A DNA stretch of 54,539 bases, counting the filler, from Phoronis australis (Eukaryota; Animalia; Phoronida), in assembly GCA_002633005.1 (NCBI GenBank). It is 5 parts of 5 records of this genome, joined end to end, with 100 filler letters (N's around TTAATTAATTAA, not from the genome) between each part and the next. Parts side by side here need not be neighbours in the genome. Positions count along the whole stretch, not along the records: positions 1 to 12,703 come from NMRA01001031.1; 4 more parts are not named here. One strand, 5' to 3'. The notes below the pieces were generated by a model, which was not told the origin of the DNA, searched no databases, and saw only the letters and a list, made by a program, of their open reading frames with translations. Shown here piece after piece: positions 1 through 11,701 of the stretch (position 1 is the first letter of the stretch; every line of letters begins with the position of its first letter). Position numbers and translations under genes: made by a program.

Positions 1-925
1 TGTGTCAATAAAAGTATTTTTGCATGAATGACGGGCTTCTAAAAATATTCCTCAGGGTCAGACCCTGGAGTTTAGTGATTCCTACCTGAGCTCACACGAA
101 GCAGGACGTTGAACCTTGACTTTAAACGTCTTTGGTAATTTTTCAGACCTCTATCAGATTTCTCCTCTAGTGTGCAGTGAATGTTCTAAGTGTCTTTGGC
201 GACGCCAACATATCTCGAGTGTTGTAACGATGATTCGGGCAAGTGAACCTAATACGGTAGATTATGTAGCTCCTGCTGCACACAGTGCCTCCGAGGCAGA
301 CACTGAGACAGACTATTCAGGAGGACACGTTCCACCTCCACATCAGCTCCACGTACTCTTTTAGGTGCTCAAATGTCTCGCTCTATACCTTGTGTATTTC
401 CCTAGAGTTTCCAAAGTTGTTTCTCCCCGCAATTTGTAGAAATGTCACATTCGATGCGACTGGCAGTGCCAGATAAATAGATAAATTCGCAAACCCGCAC
501 TTTAGGTCAGCCATCATTCAACTAACGCATTGTAAGCTTTAGTTTGGTATTCAGACGAATTGGATGAACAAATTTAGTATAATTTCATTATTTATTGGGA
601 AATGCTAGTGTCCTTAAAATTAATTAAAAACATTTAATCAAACCAATTGTTTTAATTGTTGTTTTATACCACGGCATATTAATGCGTAGAAACGGCGCAC
701 AACTAGTGACTGGTTTAACATGACAAATACACATACGCGGTCTGAAAATAGTGAAATTCAGATACCTATTACCAAGCCTGCCTGAAGCGCTGACAAAGTT
801 TTTATTGTATTAATTTCAAGGGCATGGAGTCTTCTACATGTCCATGTTATTATTTTTAGTTTTCTTGCGGGGGCAGCTTCGCTATAGGGGTACAGCTTAC
901 TGCTGGTTTTTCACAAGACGAAAAT

Positions 926-1121
926 GTACCTCCACGGAAACAATTGCAGTGTTACCATGGTAACCGATATTGCAGTGTCGGTGCCGTTTTTACTGACATT
1001 GGTCATGAACCTATCATGTGNGAAAGGTACCTCCACGGAAACAGTTCCAGTGTTACCATGGTAACAGATATTGCAGTGTCGGTGCCGTTTTTACTGATAT
1101 TGGTCATGAACCTATCGTGTG
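926..1121. repeat. Tandem duplication of ~100 bp around a single N (probable assembly overlap)
   Basis: GTACCTCCACGGAAACA...GAACCTATC occurs at 926 and again at 1027, either side of n at 1021. Confidence 0.7.
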
Positions 1122-1701
1122 ATATCAAAATTGTTCAGAAACGATTCTGTTTGAAGCAGAAACTGGAGTAGACAATTTGGTCAAAAATGACTCATTCCAC
1201 AGCAAGAAATTGCCTCATTTTGCCCCCAAGAACACTTCCCTTGTATCTCCTAAACCACCAAACTTTGTGGTGTCATACTTCACCCAATTTCTCTCATCTC
1301 TAATGTGATTTATCAGACTAAACATGGATCTGAATGGCTGACCCCCCACCTTGCCGCTTGTTGGCTGTACAGTGGTCGGTGGATCCGTGGACTGATACTT
1401 AATTAGTCGTATCCCTCAGGTTTTTTTAAAAAATGACAATTGCTACAAGTTAAAATATTTTCAATTCCTGTACCTAGGCGAACTAATATCTAAATGCAGA
1501 CCTGTTTCAGAATTGGACTCAGAACTTACGCAATCAACATTATATTGTTCGCCTAATTGTGCCGTTCATAAGTCACATTTGTAATGTCTTTCAATCATCT
1601 TATCTTCATTATAAGCTCCTTTTCATTGACAAAAATGATCCTGTTGTTCAGTGAAAATAAAAAGCACTGGTTCCAAAACTTAGTGGCGTTGCCCTAACAG
1701 T

Positions 1702-1814
1702 TCACTTACAAACACATCTTTTTCCTCTGCAGGCTCCGCCATGTTTGTACGCATCATTGCATACCCAGTTGCAATCCGAATCATTACAACCTTTGCGGAG
1801 TCTGTCAATTACAC
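1702..1814 (-). CDS. Coding exon 2 of the CS-alpha/beta defensin/short-toxin-like precursor (mature peptide)
   Basis: Strong acceptor TCCTCTTTTTTCAG| in phase 1, matching exon 1. Encodes (G)VIDRLRK-GCNDSDCNWVCNDAYKHGGACRGKRCVCK-stop, with spacing Cx4Cx3Cx9Cx4CxC and a GxC motif. The spliced product is 64 aa. Confidence 0.85.
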
Positions 1815-4560
1815 CTGAAAAAAGAGGACATAATTCACTTGTAAAATGCGGTAGTAGTTCATTCTCACCATTATGACTATAATTTTGTGCAGTTTCACTC
1901 ATTGGCAGAGGTTCGGGTTGGTGAGACGATGGAATAGCACGACCATAACGTAAAAAGTGACCGAAACACAGGATGTTGCATAGCATTGTTAGAGGGCGTG
2001 TTCCGGGAAGGAAAGACTGAGACATATGGAAAAGGACAGTACTGTATCAGGAGAGCAGATGATTATCATTTAGCAGGGCCAGATCAAGGATTCTGAGTTA
2101 GTGTTGCCAATGACAGAGTATTAGCAAGGATTTTTTTCTGTCAGACATTTGCCCCACCGCACTGCCAAAGGAATCTGTGAAAATTTAATTCCGCCAATTA
2201 TTAAAGCAACTGTGCAATTCGTAAAGCAAACAAGTTGACTTCCACAGTGTTGAGGATTTCACTGACAACTTCCGAAACTGCCTCAGTTGCCGTTAATTCA
2301 AATCAGTTTCATAACAAGAGCCGTTGAATAAAGTCTATGAAAACACGACTGGAATGAGGAATACTTTGTGTATTCAAAATGCGTTTTAAAACTTAATATT
2401 TTTCTCTAATTACATCGCTTTCAGCGGTTCACTATGCATACTGGTTACTGTGGTAAAATACAGTCAGGATTGTGATAAATATGTCACGAGTACTCTCTCG
2501 TATGGCAATGCCACTAGGTCTAGCGCTGACTTATCCCTTCACGCTTTTACGTAGCGATTCCCTGATGTCACATCAATGATAAGTCACGGATAAACATGTC
2601 TCTGTTGCCTGGGAAGATAACTGCGATGAAAATTTCCAGTTTACGTTTTAGATTTGCGGTGTACGTGGATGGAACCGCTCCATTTGAGGAAAGAAATCTT
2701 AGATTTTAGCACCACAAAAATACCATTGTAATGTTGGGAGTCGATTGATTAAATTCTTGTTACTTGTCAGATCGTGAAGTTAGACATGTGAACATTTATT
2801 GTTTTTATGGTTGGGAGGTAGACCATTTTGGCTTACGAAACCACATCATTAATTTTTAGTAATTGTAATGTGGTTGATAGTTCACCATTTTTGACTTTGG
2901 AAATTTTTTTCCCGTAGATTATCTATGCATTTTTCAAAATGGCACCTTCCATGGTCAGTCACTGCAATGTCACGAACGTATTAGAGTTCCTTTTGATTGC
3001 ATTTGAGAAGTCAGATTTGAATGAGTAGCAAAAACTACAGCGCCCATCATACACTTGTTTGCTGCTCATTCCTGTTCCTCCCTTCCTTTGTAATTCTCTG
3101 CAGCATTTCACACCTGCCATGTGCCACTGCGTATGTCTCCAGCTTATGCTCTCGTCATTTAATATCCACTTGAGAATGAAACTTGTATGTTTCGAAATAT
3201 CCTGTGCTTTTTACTTATCTCTCTATGTCAGTTACTTCATCTATATTCCGTTGAGAGTAGAGTTTTATTCCGAACATATACATGTAAAAGACAAGGAATG
3301 AAGACTGTTTAATAACGAAACATGTCCTCTGTTTAATCAATACCATGGGTTTTTTCATAATTTGTTACCGAATTTTAACTTCAAAGATATATGTTATATA
3401 CCGTAGGCAATGATAACTGGGAATTATTATATCGTCATACGTGATATGCAAAAGTATTAGGTATAGGGCGAAGCCCGTGCTAAAATTTGTTTGCATACCA
3501 CCACATCTGTCGGTTATGAGTGAGGTGGCGATCAAATCGTTTAAGTCTTTGATAAATTTTCTTCGAATTCATTAAAATTCACAATAAAAAACGTCTTTTA
3601 TTAATTAACGCATTATTTTCCTTTAAATTTATGGAACAGTGTAACATTGGATTTTTTTTAAGTATTTGCGTAAGAATTTTGTTAACCATAGATCTCAGGT
3701 AAGTATTTAGACTGAGTATTTTTTGTACGTTTTTCGTAATAATTTTTCATTTCTTGTCAATTTTGATCAAATTATAGAGTAAGTCAGCGTGAATGGATAT
3801 ACCTTTGAACTCTTTTTTTTTGTTTTTTCGTTATCCATCATTTCGTTTTGCACTTGTTTATAACAACAGCACAGATTAGCAGTATAGTTTGAGGTCATCA
3901 ATACATCTGGGTTCATTTTTCTTCAGTAGCTGATGTACCATTAGTCTCAATAAATCCGCCTAGACCTTTAAAAGTTAAAACAGGCTATAACTGCAAATAT
4001 CAGCCCGTGGACGCGTGCTGGTTATCTGCCCAAGAGCTGGTATGGGAGTACATGTAGTTGTGTCATAACTCTCTTATCAAACGCCAGCATCATATGATAA
4101 GGGGTTTCATCTTGAATTGTTAACTGCGTCACAGACATTTCATACAGTTATCCGTTTCGAGTCTGCATTTTATAACATGTCAAATAATAATTAACTATGA
4201 ACACATTTTGAGTAGTTGATGGCTTCGATATTTTAGTGGTTAGCGGAAATAGACTTCCATTGCGGTCAGAAATACTCCGATTTGATTTGAGTAAAAGTCC
4301 CGATTCGATTTCGTTTTAGCCATCTAAACAGTATGACTAAATGCACTTTTAAATTTAAAATGTTCCCAACCCAAAATGTTAATACACGATGCAAGCTCGA
4401 CCAGGCTCACGTTCTGTGGACGCAACAAAGTAGCGAAAACGCAAAACCTAGCAAGATATCGCCAGGCATGACAAGGACTGCACGTGATCACTTGAAGTTA
4501 CATGTAACTTGCAATTTTTTGCGGAAATCCGACCATATCACTGACAGTTATTGTTCTCAC

Positions 4561-4642
4561 CTTGGTTTACCTCATCTACCGACTCCGCCTGGAGGCATCC
4601 CACAGCCAGCATCAATAGAATGAATACGGCGACGCACTTCAT
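4561..4642 (-). CDS. Coding exon 1 of a secreted CS-alpha/beta defensin/toxin-like precursor (signal peptide plus acidic pro-segment)
   Basis: Minus strand reads GAAGTC-ATG, then MKCVAVFILLMLAVGCLQA-ESVDEVNQ-g, ending at a canonical donor CAAG|GTGAGA (phase 1). It has a basic N-region, a hydrophobic core and a plausible cleavage after LQA. An acceptor TACAG| at 4655 suggests an upstream 5'UTR exon. Confidence 0.8.
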
Positions 4643-5625
4643 GACTTCTATTTTTCTGTATATCAAATTCAGATCGTGTTACGGAGAAACAAGTATATAA
4701 AATGGAAAACAAGTACATGAGATTAAAACAAATTGTGGATAAACATTTGCAAACCTGTCTTGCATCTACAAAAAATCACCATTCCGTATTATCACGTAGA
4801 AACTGAAACATAGTAACTTGCAAGTTGCAATTCTACAGTCAAGCAAATCAAAGTATTTTTCCTGTAAACCGCAAGACGGGGTTTTGTTTGTTTAAGTAAG
4901 GAAGTCGACTTATTCAGCACAATTCTTGACTATTACGAGCTAATGGTATTTGAAGCTGACGATGCAGGGCAGTCATTGATGTAGGGTGAAGTTCTAAGCA
5001 ATCGCCATTAAAATGAACAATTGATTTATGTCAGTCTAAAATAACTTTCTAGAAAGTTGGTTTTTCAGTGCCTGTTGATGTAGGTGAACAAACTTTAATA
5101 TTATTATATCATTTGCCTCGTCTGGTAGCAGCAACTACAAACTCCAATGATTCAACATTGACAGCTTATCTGGGACCCCGGAACGAGCTTTTTGTTTTTA
5201 CGATGTTTGTTTTACACATGTATGCTGATATTAAATGTACAATCAGAAGTTTTCAGAATTTCAAAAACATTATTTTTTCATTTTGATAAAAACAAACGAA
5301 TTGTTACATTACAGTTAGGCAACAAATTATTGAACGGCTTTTTAATGTTTAATGGAATACAAATCCTCATCCAATCACTTTTCAAAGGATTTTTTAAAAA
5401 GTTGCAACAAAAGAGAATGCGAGATCTGTGATGTCTATTCTTCAATAAGTGTCCATCATGCCTCCTAGCTTGCTGTTACAATAAAAAGTCTTTCATGCAA
5501 TTTTCATGGCGTATACATGTAACTTGAAAACCTTAATGGCCATGTCTTGTATATCGTTTCCATTCAAGTTATTGCGAAAACTTACCTAGAAACCTTAATT
5601 ATACTCACCATTATTCGACCACTTA

Positions 5626-6799
5626 CAGCCGATTTCATGAAGGTGGTTTAACAAAACCAGGTTTAACACTTAAACCTGTTCTTTTTAACCTGGTCTCATT
5701 TTAGACCTAAGTTAAATTTCACCAATGCAGTTTAAAAGTGTGAAAGCCTGGTTTTGTTAATACAGAGGGCCGGTTTATTAAAACCAGGTTTAAAGTATCT
5801 AAGCCACCCTGCTGTGTCGATCTGCATTAACCCAACAATGAAACTAGTGAAGTGCCTCAAAGGAGCCTGAATAATGTGGGTTTACAATGGCACAAACTAG
5901 CACATATAGAATCAGTGCAGACATTTTTAAAAAGGTCTAAAAGCTGTTCTCATGAGAGAAAATTTAAAATCTGTGCCCAACACACATACACGCATTAAAA
6001 TACATGCTCACGATTACCCGCAGTATGATAATTGTCCAAATTTGTTTTCCCGCAATTTTAGTGTCTATTTTACGAGGCCAAAGTGGGGCAATTCCCCTAC
6101 CCGGCAACATTAGATCGGAGAACAATGGAGTTGGAGCTCTGAAGAATCACAAGATGCTCTATTCAGTCAAATCAGTAGCACTTAAGACGATGACGTCCTG
6201 CTCGACCAGTCGTATTCTCAGGAATCTGCAGGACACCATCCTGCACGCACTGGTCTAGACATAGGCGGATACAAGGGGGTCAAGCGTTCCGGCCGCCCTT
6301 TTCCCTTGATTTTTTGTGACATTAAATCTATAACTTTCAAATTGTTGACTTGGTCCAACCTTTAAAAAGTCCTTCACTGACCCCAACCCCCCTTAATTAT
6401 CGCGGATCCGCCCCTGTTACGTTTGATCGTGTGTGTCTGTAAAACTGATTATTGAAAATAATCCATTTTCACTCTAAAACTGCGTCGTAATTGAACGCCG
6501 CGTCATCGTTCATTACACCTTTATCATGCAAGTCTGACATATTTAACAGGTAAACCATGGTCCGACCAAGTTTAAAGTTGAACCTGGTTTAAAATGTTAA
6601 TGCAGGTTTAAATAACATAGACCTCGTTGGTGAAATGAAAACTGACTTAGACCAGGTCTAAACTTGAGTTAAACCAGGTTTTACTAGACCAGATGTGTAA
6701 AAGTTAAGCCACCTTTATGAAGTAAACTTTCTCTTTAAACCTGGTCTTATGTCCAGCATAAGCCGGGTTTAACTTTAAACCACCTTTTGAAATCGACCG
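5626..6799 (+). mobile_element. Non-autonomous TIR DNA transposon, family A, copy 1
   Basis: Ends CAGCCGATTTCATGAAGGTGGTTTAA...TTTAAACCACCTTTTGAAATCGACCG. Subterminal arrays of AAACC(A/T)GGTTT palindromes. Colinear with copies at 7048-9584 and 10193-11548. No ORF of note. Confidence 0.85.
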
Positions 6800-7047
6800 T
6801 TTAATGGTCAGAAACATATGGTAGAATCCCAAGACAATGTTCTGTAAGTATAATTTTCATGAATGCATTCGGCCCAGCTCATTCAGTACAATTCATAATT
6901 TCCCCACCCCGTTGTAAAAATATATGTAAGCTAAGCTCGAGAAAGGATCTCCTCAAAATAGGACATTCGTCTTTCCTTATAGTTTTATGGAACTGGGCCT
7001 GATTTTCACGAGCCTTAAGCCATGGAGCCGTATGTAGCGAATATCAG

Positions 7048-9584
7048 CAGGCGATTTCATAAAGGTGATTTAACAAAGCCAGGCCTAAGACTTCAAACTT
7101 GTCTTCCTAAACCTGTTCTAATTTTAGACCAAACTTGCATTTTACCAACGTGGTTTAAAATTCTGAATGCCTGGTTTTGTTATACCAGAGAGCGGGTTTA
7201 GTAAAACCAGGTTTAAAGTGTCTAAGCCTCCTTACTGTGTCAATCTGGATTAACCCAGAAAAGAAAGTATTGAAGTGCTTCAATGACTGAAACCTTGATC
7301 ACGTGTGTATACAGTGGTGCACACTAGAAGAATCAGTGCGGAAATTTTCGAAAAGGGTCTAAACGCCTTTCTCATGAGAAAAATGTAATTTCTGTGCCCA
7401 ACACAGGTACACAAATTACAGTACATGCTCACAATTAGCCGCAACATGTTACAGTAGTAAGTGACGCTGAATGAGAAGTGGCAACTACATGTTTGGCTTG
7501 TAACGCCACCCCTCCCCGAGTTTTGCCAATTCTAATCAGTCACCACTCGAGATTTGGTTCCGTTTCAGTCCTAAAATCACAAAATAATTCTTCTGTGCTC
7601 AGCTGTAAGAAAAAATACAATTTTTTGAAATGGTGCTCAGTCATAAAAAGTTTCCATTATGAGAACGCTTTATCAGAAATGCCAAGCACACGCAGCGTTG
7701 TAATTAAGACAGAGACGTTGGCGTTTCCGTATGTCCACAAAAGTACTTTGAGCAGTGTTTACAAATTTGTTCATTTCGCTTTTCTACACTGACGACTATG
7801 GTCAAAACGGTGTTTTAAAAAAGTACACTTTTGACGGCATTTTCAAAAAAATATTTTGGTTGATGAATTCACCGAGTCGGTGCCACTGACAGAAAACGTT
7901 TCTGCGTAAAGAAAGAGTTGCGTTTTCAAAATATTCAGAGCATGAGCTCAAGGACTACCTGAAAAAGAAAATAAATTAAACCGAATACCAAACAGAAACT
8001 TGTCCGTTGATCATATAGCTCTTGGAAAACTGTTACCCCGAAGAAATGTGCAAAATACGAACGTCATTTACGGAAGGTTGTACCAGAAGTGATTCGTTGC
8101 CGGCAGTGGAGCTGCCACGGGATAGTAAAAACACTGTGATGTGCAATAGTTAGCTGAATGGAAAGCTGAAGCGGAAAAATTCAGAACACACATTTTCTAT
8201 TCAGGAATTGAAATCTCTGTAGAATCAAAAACAATTGACAACCAGGATTTATTGCGTCAGAAAACTTATCACGCCAGGAGAGAATTCTTTTCATGCCCGG
8301 AGACTACGTGGTCACCCATTATGCAATGATGGCAATCCAGTGTGTACCTATACATTGGCATCTATTGTAAAACGTGGATTAGACGAAAGAAATTCAACNC
8401 TATATCACTTAACGTTTGATTTTACCACGCCGTCATTAATTCAACATAAGGTTTTCGGCTTGTGTAATGCCACGCACTTCGTATTTGTAGGTTGATTCGA
8501 TTTTACCTCCATTCAATAGTTGAACAAAATTTGATAAACCGATGTCAAGACCGGAGTTGCCACTGGTAAACGAACAGCGACCAGTTAGATGTTTGTTTGT
8601 CCAAAGTTCACCCGCTAGGTCATAAAATGGTAATTGCCGACCAAGGACACGCTTAATCTGAATTGGTCGTCCACGCTAGGCGACCAATTAGCCGACCCAA
8701 GTGCCGACCACAGAGGCGACTAAGCAGACGGCTCCTAGCCGACCGTTGTTGGTCGGCTGCTGGTCGGCTAGACGACCGGTCGACGGCCGGTCGTCGACCA
8801 ATTTCCGACCTGTCGGCCAAAAATTCGTGATGTGTGCTGTAAATGCCCACTTTTTCCGTGCCATTTTAGTGTTTATTTTTCGCGGCCAAAGGGGGTTGCC
8901 GAGTGCTTTCCTGGCAACATTAAATCAGAGACCAATGGAGGTAGAGCTCAGAAGAATCAGAAGATGTTGTCTCTAGTCGAACCCGTACCGCTTACGATGA
9001 CGACGTCCCACTCGAACAGTGGATTTCTGAGGAATTCGAGGACACCACCCAGCACCTACTGGTCTACGCATAGGCATATCCAAAGGGGTCAAGGGGTATG
9101 GAGTCCATTTTCCCTGATTTTAGTTATATAAAATCTATAATTTTCAAATTGTTGACTTGCCCCCCCGGCCCTTATAAAATTTCTTTGACCGACAACCCAC
9201 TTAAAAATGTGGATCCGCCCCTGACTCGTTTGATTTTGTGTCGTCTTGAAACTGAATATTGAAAATAGTATATTTTTGCTCTAAAACTGCATCGTAAATT
9301 CACGCGCAGCATCATTCACTTGCACCTAAATCATGTAAGTCTGTCATATTTAACAGTTAAGCCTGGGTCTGACCAAAAGTGTTAATACAGGTTTAAAGAA
9401 TATAAACCTCGTAGATGAAATGAAAACTGACCTAGACCAGTTCTAAACTTGGGTTAAACCAGATTTTACTAGACCACTGGCCTAAGCGTTAAGCTACCTT
9501 TATGAAATGGACGTTATGTTTAAACCTGGTCTAAGTCCAGTTTAAACCAGGTTTACCTTGAAACCATCGTTATGAAATCGGTTG
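7048..9584 (+). mobile_element. Family A TIR element, copy 2, split by a nested insertion
   Basis: 7048-7451 matches the 5' part of copy 1. Similarity resumes at 8840 and runs to the terminal TATGAAATCGGTTG at 9584. Confidence 0.85.
7452..8839. mobile_element. Family B non-autonomous element inserted into family A copy 2, with a TA target-site duplication
   Basis: Junctions CATGTTA|CAGTAG...GTGTGCTG|TAAATGCC give CAG...CTG ends flanked by TA. Dense CGACC/GGTCG subterminal repeats at 8630-8820. A second copy of this end lies at 25534-25892. Confidence 0.75.
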
Positions 9585-10003
9585 TAAATTTCTTACCTGC
9601 ACAATCACTCACCACTGTTGTGTGTACAATGTATGGAAAAATCCTTAGACGATGCTTGTATTTAAAGGAATATAAACCCTCCTCTACTTTTTGATTGGCT
9701 GATACTTGGATCATAACTGGTAGTCTAGGCAACACGCTGTTTAACCAATCACGCATCGTATCATTCTTACCTTGAACGATTCAACAGTTTCTCGACGTTA
9801 TGCTTTTCACCGCTTTGTAAAGTTTGCCACAGGTTTGAACTTGCCACCCAAGTGAGAACCCTTGTATTGTTGAACGCAGGCCTTTAACTGTGCAAACCTA
9901 CAGTAATTTGGTCACGTTTGCAGAGTGACTTTCTAAAACCACCCTGAGGTTGTGGCGTTTTACTGAACAACTATTATTAAAATCTCTTGGTCTTTTTACA
10001 CCG

Positions 10004-10065
10004 ACCTCTAGTCTATATATACTGCCACGACGTTTCGGTCGTGACAGTGTATATAGACTAGAGGT
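10004..10065. repeat. 62-nt near-perfect hairpin
   Basis: ACCTCTAGTCTATATATACTGCCACGAC-GTTTCG-GTCGTGACAGTGTATATAGACTAGAGGT: 28-bp stem with 2 mismatches and a 6-nt loop. Confidence 0.8.
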
Positions 10066-10192
10066 GGGGTTGGTCGTGTGGGAAATTTGGAGCACCTAAG
10101 TCAATATAAAATTCTGAGTTAGTTCAAAGTGTATCACAAATACGCAAGTAGTCATGTTTGGGGGAAATACTGACATCAAATTTGAACAATAT

Positions 10193-11548
10193 CAGCCGAT
10201 TTCATAAAGGTGGTTTAAAGTTAAACCAGGTTTAAACTGGACTTAGACCAGGTTTAATGATAATCTGCATTTCATAAAGGTGGTTCAACTTCTAGACCAG
10301 TGGTCTTGTAAAACCTGGTTTAACTCCAGTTTAGACCTGGTCTAAGTCAGTTTTCATTTCACCAACGAGGTCTATATTCTTTGGACCTGTATTAAGATCT
10401 TAAACCATGTTCAACTTTAGACTTGGTCAGACCCAGGTTTAACTGTTAAATATGTCAGACTAGCATCGTATAGGTACAACTGAACGATGCCGCGGTGCGC
10501 AATTACGACGCAGTTTTAGAGCGAAAATGGACTATTTTCATTATTCAGGTTTACTACGACACGAGATCAAACGTAGCAGGGGCGGATCCAGGATTTTTTA
10601 AAGGAGAGGGGACGGTCAAGGACTTTTTGGAAGGGGGGACCAAGTCAACAATTTGAAAATTATAGATTTGATATCATTAAAATCAAGGGAAACGGGGGGC
10701 TCCGGACCCCTTGACCCCCCTGGATCCGCCTATGCGTAGACCAGTACGTGCTGGAGTGTGTCCTGCGGATTCCTCAGAATACGACTGGTCGAGCAGGTCT
10801 CATCGTCGAAAGCCCTACGGATTTGACTTAAGACAGCATTCTCTGATTCTTCTGACTGAGTTCCACCTCCACTGTTCTCCGATTCAATGTTGCCGGGAAG
10901 GGGTCTTGCCCCCCCCCCCTTTGNAGTACGTGCTGGAGTGTGTCCTGTGGATTCCTCAGAATACGACTGGTCGAGCAGGGCGTCATCGTCGCAAGCCCTA
11001 CGGATTTGACTTAAGACAGCATACTCTGATTCTTCTGACTGAGTTCCACCTCCACTGTTCTCCGATTCAATGTTGCCGGGAAGGGGTTTTGCCTCCCCCT
11101 TTGGCCGCGAAAAATAAAAACTAAAATGACACGGAAATAAATTTGGGCATTTATCATGTTACATCTAATCATGAGCATGTTCTTTAATGTGTGTGTGTTG
11201 GGCACACAAATTACATTTTTCCTCATGAGAAAAGCTTTTAGACCTTTGTCGTAAATGTCTGCACTGATTCTACTGGTGTATGCCTTTCTATACCCACGTG
11301 ATCAAGGTTTAATTGAAGCATTTCAATAGTTTCTTTGTTGGGTTTACCCACCTCGACACAGTGGGGTGTCTTTGATACTTTAAACCTGGTTCTACTGAAC
11401 CAGCTCCCTGGTCTAGCAAAACCAGGCTTTCAGACTCTTAAACCATGTTGGTGAAATGCAAGTTAGGTCTAAAATTAGACCAGGTTTAGGAAGACCAGGT
11501 TTAAGACTTAAACCTGGTTTTGTTAAACCACCTTTATGAAATCGGCTG
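10193..11548 (-). mobile_element. Family A TIR element, copy 3 (inverted orientation)
   Basis: Perfect TIR CAGCCGATTTCATAAAGGTGGTTTAA...TTAAACCACCTTTATGAAATCGGCTG, flanked by AT on both sides. Internal ~180-bp duplication around n at 10924. Confidence 0.9.
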
Positions 11549-11624
11549 ATTATGTCTAATGTAGTGTGTAAAGTAGTCTTAAAGAACAAGATTGAGGTGA
11601 CATAGAGTGTCATTCCACTTCACT

Positions 11625-11701
11625 AAATTAGACCAGGTTTAGGAAGACCAGGTTTAAGTCTAAAACCTGGTTTTGTTAAACCACCTTTATGAAATCGGCT
11701 G
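11625..11701 (-). mobile_element. Extra solo terminus of family A
   Basis: Near-identical repeat of the last ~77 nt of copy 3, ending GAAATCGGCTG. Confidence 0.8.

Noticed and set aside
1815-2025. N-terminal 70 aa of the 107-aa ORF
   Set aside because: Intron read-through: there is a strong acceptor at 1815/1814 and a proper signal exon upstream.
3803-3965. Possible extra exon inside the defensin intron (AG|GTCTAGGC...CAAAG|GTATAT)
   Set aside because: The phase-compatible frame stops after GLGGFIETNGTSATEEK, and Cys-containing pieces in other frames form no recognisable pattern.
8653-8976. ORFs in family A/B repeats and in satellite blocks (also 10711-11226, 14383-14829, 25491-25685)
   Set aside because: Chance ORFs in non-coding repeats; frames are not conserved between copies.
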